DNA of 64,000 bases from Armatimonadota bacterium. Its GTDB lineage: Bacteria > Armatimonadota > SYMT01. The first letter of the stretch is position 1; each line of letters begins with the position of its first letter. Below are positions 9,960 to 18,564 of the stretch, piece after piece. Below the pieces are notes generated by a model that was not told where the DNA came from, did not search any database, and saw only the letters and a program-made list of their open reading frames with translations. The DNA lies in the NCBI GenBank assembly GCA_041690135.1, contig JAWLHY010000001.1:544001-608000 (forward strand), written 5' to 3'. The translations under genes were made by a program, and so were the position numbers.

Positions 9960-11438
9960 ATGACTCGGAAGCGGGTAATCGTCGCGGGCGGGCTGCTGGT
10001 CGGCTTGCTGGGTGCGCACACCATGGGGTTGGCCGGAGCACAGGGCGCGGGCGGCGACCCGTCCGGGGGGCTCCGGGCCGGAGCGGCGGCGGTGGACATC
10101 ACCCCCAGGCTCTTCCCGGTGAACATGCCGGGCGGCTTCAACCGGAACCTGGCGCACGCCGCGCACGATCCGTTCCACGCCCGCGCCCTGGTGCTGGCGG
10201 AGGGGAAGACGACGGTCGCAATGGTGGTTGTGGACAACCTCGGGATCCCGCAGGAGGTGCTCGACGAGGCGAAGGCGGCCGCGTCGCAGCAGTGCGGGAT
10301 CCCCACCGAGCGGATGCTCATCTCCGCCACGCACACCCACTCCGGACCGCCCGCCAACGTGAAGTCCGGACCGGAGCCGGAGGTGGCTTACCGGAAGCAG
10401 CTCATCTCCGGGATCTCGGAAGCGATTACGCGCGCGCACGCGGCCCTGCGTCCGGCCGCCGTGGGGGCCGCCGCGCAGCCGCTGGGGGAGGAGGTCTTCA
10501 ACCGCCGGTGGTTCCTGAAGCCCGGCAAGATGCCGCTGAACCCCTTCGGCAAGCTCGACCGCGTGAAAATGAACCCCGGCACCGATCCAGACGTGCTCGA
10601 CCATCCCGCCGGCCCCACCGATCCGGACATCACTGTCCTCTCCGTGCAGGAGGCGAAAACGCGCCGGCCACTCGCGCTGTTCGCGAACTACTCCCTCCAC
10701 TACGTGGGCGGGTCGCCCGCGGGGAAGGTCTCCGCGGACTACTTCGGCGAGTTCGCGCGCCTCATGCCGTCGCGCCTCCGGGCCGGCGACGGGTTCGTCG
10801 CGATGATGTCCAACGGCACGTCGGGTGATATCAACAACATCCCGTTCCTCGTCACCCGTCCGCCGCGGGAGCCGTTCGAGCAGATCCGCATCGTGGCGCA
10901 GAAGGCCGCCGATACCGCATGGTTCGCACACCGCAAGATCGCGGCGCACCGGGCGGACGCCCCCCTCGGCATGGTGCAGCGCCAGGTGACGTTCAAAGCG
11001 CGCCGCCCCACCGCGGAGCAGCTCGCCGCCGCCCGCGCCGTGCTCGCCATTAAGGACGAAGAAGAGCTCAAGAAGCTGCCGCGCCTCGCGGACGCCTACG
11101 CGCGCCGCACCCTCGCGCTGGCGGAGGGGCCAGAGACGATCACCGCCCCGCTCCAGGCCCTGCGCATCGGCGACCTGGCCGTCTGCGCGATCCCGTTCGA
11201 GACCTTTGCGGAGATCGGCCTGGAGCTAAAGCGGCGGAGCCCCTTCCCCCGGACCATGGTGATCGGGATTGCGAACGGCTACAACGGCTACCTGCCCACG
11301 CCCGAGCAGCACCAGCTGGGCGGCTACGAGACCTGGCTGGGCACCAACCGGGTGCAGGAAGACGCCTCTGTGCTGATCACCAAGAACCTCACGGAGATGC
11401 TCGCCGAGCTCAACGGGTTGGACAACGGCGGACGGTAG
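9960..11438 (+). CDS. Neutral/alkaline ceramidase-like hydrolase, secreted
   Basis: GAAAVDITP, HDPFHARALVL, ISATHTHSGP, GTSGDIN, IPFETF and GYLPT motifs. AGGAGG RBS. Confidence 0.8.
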   Translation: MTRKRVIVAGGLLVGLLGAHTMGLAGAQGAGGDPSGGLRAGAAAVDITPRLFPVNMPGGFNRNLAHAAHDPFHARALVLAEGKTTVAMVVVDNLGIPQEVLDEAKAAASQQCGIPTERMLISATHTHSGPPANVKSGPEPEVAYRKQLISGISEAITRAHAALRPAAVGAAAQPLGEEVFNRRWFLKPGKMPLNPFGKLDRVKMNPGTDPDVLDHPAGPTDPDITVLSVQEAKTRRPLALFANYSLHYVGGSPAGKVSADYFGEFARLMPSRLRAGDGFVAMMSNGTSGDINNIPFLVTRPPREPFEQIRIVAQKAADTAWFAHRKIAAHRADAPLGMVQRQVTFKARRPTAEQLAAARAVLAIKDEEELKKLPRLADAYARRTLALAEGPETITAPLQALRIGDLAVCAIPFETFAEIGLELKRRSPFPRTMVIGIANGYNGYLPTPEQHQLGGYETWLGTNRVQEDASVLITKNLTEMLAELNGLDNGGR

Positions 11439-11476
11439 GACGCCGCTGCGCTTGCACCTCGCTATCCTTGCAAACG

Positions 11477-11516
11477 AAGGCACCCTTCCGGATGGGGAGG
11501 GTGCCTTTACTTCTTT
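11477..11516 (+). terminator. Rho-independent terminator
   Basis: AAGGCACCCTTCC-loop-GGGAGGGTGCCTT followed by a T-rich tail, downstream of the ceramidase-like gene. Confidence 0.75.
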
Positions 11517-11661
11517 GCGGTCATTTGCACACTCTGCCGGGTGCCCGTGTAGGCGGTGCGGTGTGCCAGCTGCTCGGCGGCGCGGAGTCCAGACAGCGCC
11601 GCAGGGCGGTCGGTGACGCGTGCCCTTGAGAGGTCCTCACGCTCCTATCCAACCGGCCCTG

Positions 11662-11892
11662 CTAATCCTCGGCCAGCAGAGAGCGGATCCAGCAGCATAG
11701 GGCCAGGATCGCGAGCGAGATCACAAGGCCCCACACGAAAAGGTGGGGCGTGTTCATCAACAGCCAGAGCACACCGACCACGTCGAACGAAAGCCGGGGG
11801 CGCCACCGCAGGAACGGGAGCGCGCACGCGCCGAGGGCGCTGGAGACCGTGAACACCCAGGCCGCCGTCCTCCACATCCGTCGGGCCGTCAT
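11662..11892 (-). CDS. Small membrane protein
   Basis: GAGG RBS before ATG 11892 and hydrophobic segments. Confidence 0.5.
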   Translation of the reverse strand: MTARRMWRTAAWVFTVSSALGACALPFLRWRPRLSFDVVGVLWLLMNTPHLFVWGLVISLAILALCCWIRSLLAED

Positions 11893-12203
11893 GGCTTCCT
11901 CTCTTCCCGGAACGCGAGTATTCCCTCCACTGATGCATCGGAATTCGGTCGTCCATTCTGGAGGGGCGTTCCGCCTTCCCTCGGAGGGGAGGTGGGACTC
12001 CCTGGGCAACGCGGAGAACCAACCCGCGCGCTCCCTGGAGTGGCGGAGTTGTCGAACGTGGGGGACCTCGCCCCGCCCGTTCTGGAAGTTTCAGCTCGGG
12101 TGGGGAGGGTAACTTTGCGACACAGATTCCGCGCGGTGACCTTCACCTGGGCGTCCGGCTGTGAGCCCGGCCGCAACTTGGGTCACCCGGATGGAGGTCC
12201 GCT

Positions 12204-13871
12204 ATGCGACTCGTATTTGCGCTTATCCTGGCATGGGTGGGGGTGATGGGACCAGCGCATGCCCATCCTGGAGCAGCCCACCCATCCGCCGGGTCGGTCT
12301 CAGCCGAGCTGGGCCAGGTGCGGTTCCCGGTTTCGTGCAGCCCGGCGGCCCAGCAGCAGTTCAACCGCGCCGTGGCCATGCTGCACTCCTTCTGGTACGA
12401 CCAGGCGGAACGCACCTTCGCGGCCGCGGCCCGGCTCGACCCGCGCTGCGCGATGCCGTACTGGGGCATCGCCATGACGCACTATCATCCGCTCTGGGAG
12501 CAGCCGGACCGGGAAAGCCTGCGGAAAGGCTCCGAGGCCATCCGGAAGGCGGAGTCGCTCGGGGCGAAAACCCCGCGCGAGCGGGCGTACATCGAAGCGC
12601 TCGCCGCGTTCTACCGGGACTGGGAGAAGACCGATCATCGCACCCGCGCCCTCGCCTACGAAAGCGCCATGGAGCAGCTCCACCGCCGGCACCCTCAGGA
12701 CCGGGAAGGCGAGATCTTCTACGCCCTGGCCCTTCTGGGCAGCGCATCCCCGGCGGACAAGAGCTACGCCCGGCAGAAGAAAGCCGGCGCGATGCTGGAG
12801 AAGCGCTTCGCGGAGCTCCCGAACCATCCTGGCATCGCCCACTACCTGATTCATGCCTACGACTATCCCGCGCTGGCGGAGCGGGCCTTGCCGGCGGCGC
12901 GGCGCTACGCGGAGATCGCCCCCGCGGTTCCGCACGCGCGCCACATGCCCTCCCACATCTTCACCCGGCTGGGGTTGTGGGAGGAGGCGATCTCCGCCGA
13001 TCTCGCCTCGGCCGCCGCGGCTCGGGAGCACGCGCGTAAATATCATCCGGAGGCCGCCAACTTCGAAGAGCTTCACGCAATGGATTACCTGGTCTACGCG
13101 CACCTGCAGCTCGGGCAGGACCGGCAGGCGGGCCGCATCTTGGAGGAACTGCGACGCATGCGCAAAGTGGAACCCGCCGGGAGCTTCGTGGCGGCCTATG
13201 CCTTCGCGGCAATCCCTGTGCGGTATGCGCTGGAGCGGCGCCAGTGGTCCGAGGCGGCCTCCCTCCCGCTGCACCCGGAGAGTTTCGAGTGGAGCCGCTA
13301 TCCCTGGGCGGAGGCGATCCTGCACTACGGCCGCGCGCTCGGCGCCGCGCGGAGTGGGGATCCCAGCGCCGCCCGGCACGCACTCGGGAGGCTCGAGGAG
13401 CTTCACCGGCAGACCGCCGACACCGGGCCAGACTACTGGGCCGATCAGGTGGAGATCCAGCGCCTTTCCGCCGCCGCCTGGCTGGACTTCGCGGAAGGGC
13501 GGAAGGAGCAGGCCCTGGAGCGGATGCGCGCTGCGGCCCGGCTGGACGACGCCACGGAGAAGCACCCGGTCACTCCGGGATCGGTGATCCCTACGCGCGA
13601 GCTCCTGGGCGAGATGCTGCTTTTGCTCGGCAACCCGGCGGAGGCGGTAGCAGAGTTCGAGGCGTCGCTGCGGGGCACGCCGAACCGGTTCAATGGGCTT
13701 TACGGAGCCGCCCGGGCCGCGGACCTGGCCGGCGAGGGAGGCAAGGCCGAGCGCTACTACGCGCAACTCCGGAACCTCCGGGGGATCGCCCCGCCGGTGG
13801 ACATGCCGCGCAGTCCGACCCCGGCGAAAGCGGCCAGCGCTGCGCGCCGATCCCCGAAAGCCGGGAGATAG
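12204..13871 (+). CDS. Secreted TPR-repeat protein
   Basis: Signal peptide, LGQVRFPVSCS, HPGIAHYLIHAYD, HARHMPSHIF and TPR units. GGAGG RBS. Confidence 0.85.
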   Translation: MRLVFALILAWVGVMGPAHAHPGAAHPSAGSVSAELGQVRFPVSCSPAAQQQFNRAVAMLHSFWYDQAERTFAAAARLDPRCAMPYWGIAMTHYHPLWEQPDRESLRKGSEAIRKAESLGAKTPRERAYIEALAAFYRDWEKTDHRTRALAYESAMEQLHRRHPQDREGEIFYALALLGSASPADKSYARQKKAGAMLEKRFAELPNHPGIAHYLIHAYDYPALAERALPAARRYAEIAPAVPHARHMPSHIFTRLGLWEEAISADLASAAAAREHARKYHPEAANFEELHAMDYLVYAHLQLGQDRQAGRILEELRRMRKVEPAGSFVAAYAFAAIPVRYALERRQWSEAASLPLHPESFEWSRYPWAEAILHYGRALGAARSGDPSAARHALGRLEELHRQTADTGPDYWADQVEIQRLSAAAWLDFAEGRKEQALERMRAAARLDDATEKHPVTPGSVIPTRELLGEMLLLLGNPAEAVAEFEASLRGTPNRFNGLYGAARAADLAGEGGKAERYYAQLRNLRGIAPPVDMPRSPTPAKAASAARRSPKAGR

Positions 13872-14160
13872 GATCCAGCGGGAGCGGGTGCGCCCAGTCG
13901 GGTGCGGCTGGCCGAGTGCGACGAGGGGCGCGACGAGGCTGGAGCCTGCGTAGATCAACCGCGCGAAGCGCCGGATGACCCCGTGGTGGGTCGTGGGGCG
14001 TGCCCGAAGTCCCCGGGATATGGGGGGCGCCAGCCCTTGCCTGTAGGCTCTTCCAACGCCGGTCGGCCCCTGCTTGAGCACCGGACAAGCATCCTGGCGG
14101 TAGGCCGCCCGCGCTTCGCGCAGGGAACCTAGCAAAACCTCCGTGACGCCCTTCGCAGCC

Positions 14161-15792
14161 TCACCGCGGGAAACCGCGCCCGCGGCGACCGATCTCGTAG
14201 ACCGTGCCGTGATTCAGCGACACGACGAACAGGTTGCCGTTGGGTCCCGTCTCGATATCCGTCAGGATCCCGAACCCCGTGCCGATGAGAAACCGCTCGC
14301 TCTCGTGCGGGTCTTGCTTCTCGCGGTTATCCGCAACCCGGTCTCGCAGGCGCCGGCCAGGCAATTGCAGCCGGCTCCGATTGCGGGTCAGGTCGAAGTG
14401 GAAGAGGGGCCCGCCCAAAGGCTCGGCCCTGGCGAGCCCCATAAACAGGTCCCCGGCAAACTGCCGCCCCAGGGCCCGGCTGTTCAGGAACCCGATGGCC
14501 GCCGGAGCCAGGGCAAACTTCCAGCTGAATTCCGGTTCGCTGTAATCGGATCCCGGCAGGACGAACAGACGAGAGAGGGCCTCCTGCGACGTGTCCGCGA
14601 TCCGGTTCGGCGGCCAGCGCCGCTGCTGCAGCCCGAAAAACTCCTCGCTGGTCTCGATGGTCTTGTACTGGCTTAGCCGCTCAGGCGGACCCATGATCTG
14701 GATCCAGCCGGAGTTGAAGCCGGGCGCCACCCGGTTCAGTTCGTCGAAGCTGTCGCCGCCGTTCTCCGCCATCCACAGATCGCCGGAGACCGGATCGACG
14801 GCCATTCCGAAGCTGTTGCGAAGGCCGTAGGCGAAAATCTTCTGGATATTGGCGCCCACTTCTCCGCCGATAGCGGCACCGACGGCGAAGAACGGGTTGT
14901 CTCTCGGGGTGGTGCCGTCGGGGTTCAGGCGCAGGATCACGCTGGTGAGGTGGGCGTCGTCCGGGAACGGCCCGCCGAACTGGTCGTCCGGGACGGTGGG
15001 CCCGAGCCCCGTTTCCGTCGGCCCGGAGGGCAGGTTCTGAAGCTGTCCACGCCGGCCCACGTCCCCGATGATGAGGTAGAGCTTGCCGTCCGCGCCGAAC
15101 GTAATCACGCCGCCATTATGGTCGCCGACCGGGTCCTGCCCGGCATCCCCCTGGTTCGGCGGCACCGGGCCGCCGTCGTTCTGGAAGGCACGCAGCTTGA
15201 TCAGGTTGCGGTCGAAGGTCAGATTCGTGCCATTCCACACGAAGCGGTCCACGCGGTTCCCTAGCAGGGGGACGGCCAGGACGTTGCTCGTATCGCCGCC
15301 AAGCTCCGGCGGGTCCGGACCCTCCACTACGGACGGGAAGAACGGGTCGGAAGGAACGGGCGCCCGGCAGGTCCAGTACAGGTACACGAACCCGTTGGCA
15401 GCGAACTGGGGATCGAGCGCAATCCCGAGCAATCCCCGCTCAAAGGCATGGTTCACCGCGAGGTCGAGTGGCGTGGAGCGGATCACTCCGTCCACCACGT
15501 GCTGCACTCGGCCCGTATTCTTCTCCAGCACGAACATCTCGTTCTGCGCGGGAAACGCGATGCTGGTCGGCGCCACCACCCCGCTGACAGCGGTCCGCAC
15601 CGCGAGCCCTCGCCGCATCCGCGGCCCCTCGACCCCGGCCTGGACGGAGCCCGTCCGCTGCCCCTGGAGAGCGGCGAAAAGACCGAGGATAAGCGTGCCG
15701 GCGACCAGGCGGCACTGCCTGCCGTCGCCCGTGCGGACCGTCGGGCGGCGGCCCGTTCCCTGCATCGGGGGGGTGGGGGGGACGTGTTGCAC
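14161..15792 (-). CDS. PQQ-dependent glucose/sorbosone dehydrogenase family protein
   Basis: ERGLLGIALDPQF, HNGGVITFGADGKLY, ILRLNPDG, AYGLRNSFG, DELN motifs. Confidence 0.88.
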   Translation of the reverse strand: MQHVPPTPPMQGTGRRPTVRTGDGRQCRLVAGTLILGLFAALQGQRTGSVQAGVEGPRMRRGLAVRTAVSGVVAPTSIAFPAQNEMFVLEKNTGRVQHVVDGVIRSTPLDLAVNHAFERGLLGIALDPQFAANGFVYLYWTCRAPVPSDPFFPSVVEGPDPPELGGDTSNVLAVPLLGNRVDRFVWNGTNLTFDRNLIKLRAFQNDGGPVPPNQGDAGQDPVGDHNGGVITFGADGKLYLIIGDVGRRGQLQNLPSGPTETGLGPTVPDDQFGGPFPDDAHLTSVILRLNPDGTTPRDNPFFAVGAAIGGEVGANIQKIFAYGLRNSFGMAVDPVSGDLWMAENGGDSFDELNRVAPGFNSGWIQIMGPPERLSQYKTIETSEEFFGLQQRRWPPNRIADTSQEALSRLFVLPGSDYSEPEFSWKFALAPAAIGFLNSRALGRQFAGDLFMGLARAEPLGGPLFHFDLTRNRSRLQLPGRRLRDRVADNREKQDPHESERFLIGTGFGILTDIETGPNGNLFVVSLNHGTVYEIGRRGRGFPR

Positions 15793-16359
15793 GGCGGTAA
15801 TCTCCTACGGTCCGACCAGGCTTTGGTGGGCCGCTCGTGGAGACCGGGAACGCGGAGGTGAGAACGAAGCCGGATCTCCCCTGGGCAAGCTCTCTTGCGC
15901 CGCGATGAACCCGGATGGAAGAGCTACTCCCCCTTTCCCTGGGCTGCGGCAAATCACACCCTACCTGCGGCCGATACGTGGCCGGATTGCGCCGGGATGA
16001 GGCCAGAGGTGCTGCGGCGATCCGGGGTACCTGTACATACCGGCGACGCCACACGTGGCTCCGCTTTCGAGTGAGCGCCCGCAGCGATTTTGCAGGCCGT
16101 GTCCCGCGCGGTCTCGAGAAACGGATCTCCGAACCAGGGATTGGTCGTGGGGAAAGGGCACACCAGGATACCTCCTTGGTGGGGCTGGGTGCGGGCTGCC
16201 TCTGAACCGCCGCCTGATAGGTCAGCACGAGAGGTTGCGGCGCTGTGGACGCAGGATGCCGATTGCGGTGATCGCCCAAAGAGCACCCGTCTCGACGTAC
16301 TTGCTCGCCCGTGCTGGATGGGCTCGAAGCTGCTCTTCGCCAAAGTCCTGTTGGACAAG

Positions 16360-16432
16360 AGCGCAGGATGGGAGTCGAACCCACTGATAACGGTGTTGCA
16401 GACCGTCCCCTTGACCGTCTGGGTCCCTGCGC
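16360..16432 (-). tRNA. tRNA-Cys(GCA), slightly atypical
   Basis: Acceptor GCGCAGG/CCTGCGC, anticodon arm ACGGT-CTGCAAC-ACCGT, T arm GTGGG-TTCGACT-CCCAT, U discriminator. Position 8 is G and no CCA is encoded. Confidence 0.8.
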
Positions 16433-16591
16433 GCATCTCGGCGCGAGGGTCCCGCGCCGGACTAGTGGATGGGGCTACAACAACAGATCATGGGTTCAAC
16501 AGGGTGAGGGTCGAGCGGCGGACAGCCGCCGGGGATAACAGGTTCCCATTTGCGTCCATTCGCCGAATTCGCGGATGGACAGGTCGGGAAA

Positions 16592-16678
16592 CGGAGAGGG
16601 CGGGATTCGAACCCGCGGTAGAGTTGCCCCTACACCTGTTTTCGAGACAGGCTCCTTCAACCACTCGGACACCTCTCC
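16592..16678 (-). tRNA. tRNA-Ser(CGA)
   Basis: GGAGAGGTGTCCGAGTGGTTGAAGGAG-CCTGT-CTCGAAA-ACAGG, long variable arm, GGTTCGAATCC, G discriminator. Confidence 0.95.
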
Positions 16679-16771
16679 CCGTATCTATTAGCCTCCCTCA
16701 CAGGTTTTGTGCCTGGCTAGGGAGCCTGTCTATCCTACAGCTTCTCTTCGATGGGGTCAAGGAGAGAAGTC

Positions 16772-17818
16772 ATGAGGTCGCAAAGGAGCCTGTCTAAGGG
16801 GACCACTGGGAGCCTGTCGCGGGCGTGTGACAGGAGCGGGTCGGGGCGGTCGAAGGCGGTCAGTCCATCGATTGCCTCGGTACTGAAGACCTGGATTTCG
16901 GACAATCAGGCCCAGGGGTTCAGCGCAAAGACGATCAAGGAGCGCCAGTGGTTCATTGAGCGCTTCGTCTGGTGGCTGGAGAACGAAGCGGGTGAGGAGC
17001 CGACGCTGGACAGCCTGAACGCCGTGAACGTGCGGGCCTTCCTCACCTATGTGCGCGAGCCGCATCCGACCGGACGGTGGGGCTGTGAGAAGTCCTACGC
17101 CCGCAGGGAAACGAAGCCGCTCACGGTCTTCGCCTACTTCCGGGAGCTTCGGGCTTTCTCCAACTTCTGCATTGCAGAGGGGTTCCTGGAGGACAGCCCC
17201 CTGAAGAATGTAAAGCGGCCCAAGGTGGTACAGGAGCAGGTCCGTCCTTTCACTCAGGAGCAGATTCAGGCGCTTCTGGCGGCATGCGGCGAGACCACGG
17301 CTCCCGAGCGCAATCGGGCCATCATCCTGATGCTGTTGGACACGGGGCTGCGGGTCTCGGAACTCTGCTCTCTCCGCAGGGCCGACGTAAAGGCGAACAC
17401 GACCGAGATCACCGTCATTGGGAAAGGCGGGAAGGAGCGAAGCGTCTACCTCGGCAAGACGGCGCGGCGGGCGTTACGGCTCTACCTCGTCAAGACAGGC
17501 CGGGTGGAAGACGACCAGCCGCTCTTCCTGGCGGAGGGTGGCTACGGGCGCGAAGGCTTGACCCCCCAGGGCATCCGTTTTCTCATGAAGGACCTGCAAG
17601 GCAAATCGGGGGTTGAAGGGGTAAGGGTTAGCCCGCACACCCTCCGCCACTCCTTCGCGATCTCCTTCCTGCGGGCAGGGGGCAACCTGTTCGAGCTTCA
17701 GCGATTGATGGGACACTCCGACTTGGCGGTACTGCGGAAGTATGTCGCCCTCTCCCAGTCGGACCTGGCGAAGGCCCACCGCCAGGCATCGCCCGCCGAC
17801 ACGTTGAAGCTTCGGTAG
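16772..17818 (+). CDS. Tyrosine recombinase/integrase (XerC/D-like)
   Basis: Catalytic R-K-H-R-H-Y: TGLRVSEL, GKGGKER, PHTLRHSFA, LMGHS, RKY. Start position uncertain. Confidence 0.93.
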   Translation: MRSQRSLSKGTTGSLSRACDRSGSGRSKAVSPSIASVLKTWISDNQAQGFSAKTIKERQWFIERFVWWLENEAGEEPTLDSLNAVNVRAFLTYVREPHPTGRWGCEKSYARRETKPLTVFAYFRELRAFSNFCIAEGFLEDSPLKNVKRPKVVQEQVRPFTQEQIQALLAACGETTAPERNRAIILMLLDTGLRVSELCSLRRADVKANTTEITVIGKGGKERSVYLGKTARRALRLYLVKTGRVEDDQPLFLAEGGYGREGLTPQGIRFLMKDLQGKSGVEGVRVSPHTLRHSFAISFLRAGGNLFELQRLMGHSDLAVLRKYVALSQSDLAKAHRQASPADTLKLR

Positions 17819-17861
17819 CGGCGCAGCACCAGCAAACAGGCGCAGGCACGGGGGCCGCCGA

Positions 17862-18320
17862 TCAGGTGTCCCCTGTGCCGCCCGCTGACTGACGTTTGAG
17901 CGTTCTCTTCTTCAGACGCGCCTGCGCCTCTCTTTGTCGGCAGCACGCCTTACAGACACGCCTGCCGTCCTTCCGGATGCGAGTGTTTGCGTCATCAAAC
18001 GGATGGTCGCGCTTACATCTCTGTTTGCGTGCGTTGATCGCGCTTGGCCCCTCACTTCGGAGAGTGTTCACCCGCTGGGTAACCGGCTCTAGGTGGGCGG
18101 GGTTTACGCACAGGCGGTTACGGCACGTATGATCCAGTTGGAGACTGGCCTTCAAATAGCCACCGATGGCATCCTCGTAGACCACCCTATGCGCGGAAAG
18201 AAAGGCATGCCCATGCATCACCAGGCCGTATCCATCTCGCTGGCGCTTCCCCGTCCAAATCCAGCAGCCGGTCTCACTCTCCTGGATGGGGTATCGTCTC
18301 TGCGCTTCTGCTAGTATCAT
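17862..18320 (-). CDS. Phage-type HNH endonuclease
   Basis: GCWIWTG, GYG, AHRVVY, LDHTCRNRLCVNPAHLE, and C-terminal CKRDHPF...RVCKAC. Confidence 0.88.
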   Translation of the reverse strand: MILAEAQRRYPIQESETGCWIWTGKRQRDGYGLVMHGHAFLSAHRVVYEDAIGGYLKASLQLDHTCRNRLCVNPAHLEPVTQRVNTLRSEGPSAINARKQRCKRDHPFDDANTRIRKDGRRVCKACCRQREAQARLKKRTLKRQSAGGTGDT

Positions 18321-18564
18321 GCTGCACCTCTCACGGTTTCTCAGGTTCACCACTGTCGGTCGCGTGAGCATCCCTCGTCTCCGCACCTTCTACTCTTGAT
18401 GTGGTGCGCAAGGTGGAGAATCCGCACAGCACTGGGTTGGCGATGGGCAGGTTTTTCGTGGAAGTGCTGATCTTGCCTCACCTGGCAAGCCGCTCTGGAA
18501 CGACAAACCGTTACACCCTAAGTTAAAACCCCTCCTCACCAGAGTAGCGTCGCATCGGCCCAGA

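Noticed and set aside
16433-16591. Additional ncRNA between the two tRNAs
   Set aside because: Only short hairpins; no recognisable family.
3365-16797. Long overlapping or antisense ORFs (e.g. 3365-4399, 6352-7965, 12300-14135, 15440-16384, 16090-16797)
   Set aside because: GC-rich shadow frames of real genes or tRNAs, Arg/Pro/Gly-rich and without motifs.
16772-17818. Integron integrase serving the attC sites
   Set aside because: It is 14 kb away, tRNA-adjacent, and shows no obvious IntI-specific insertion.
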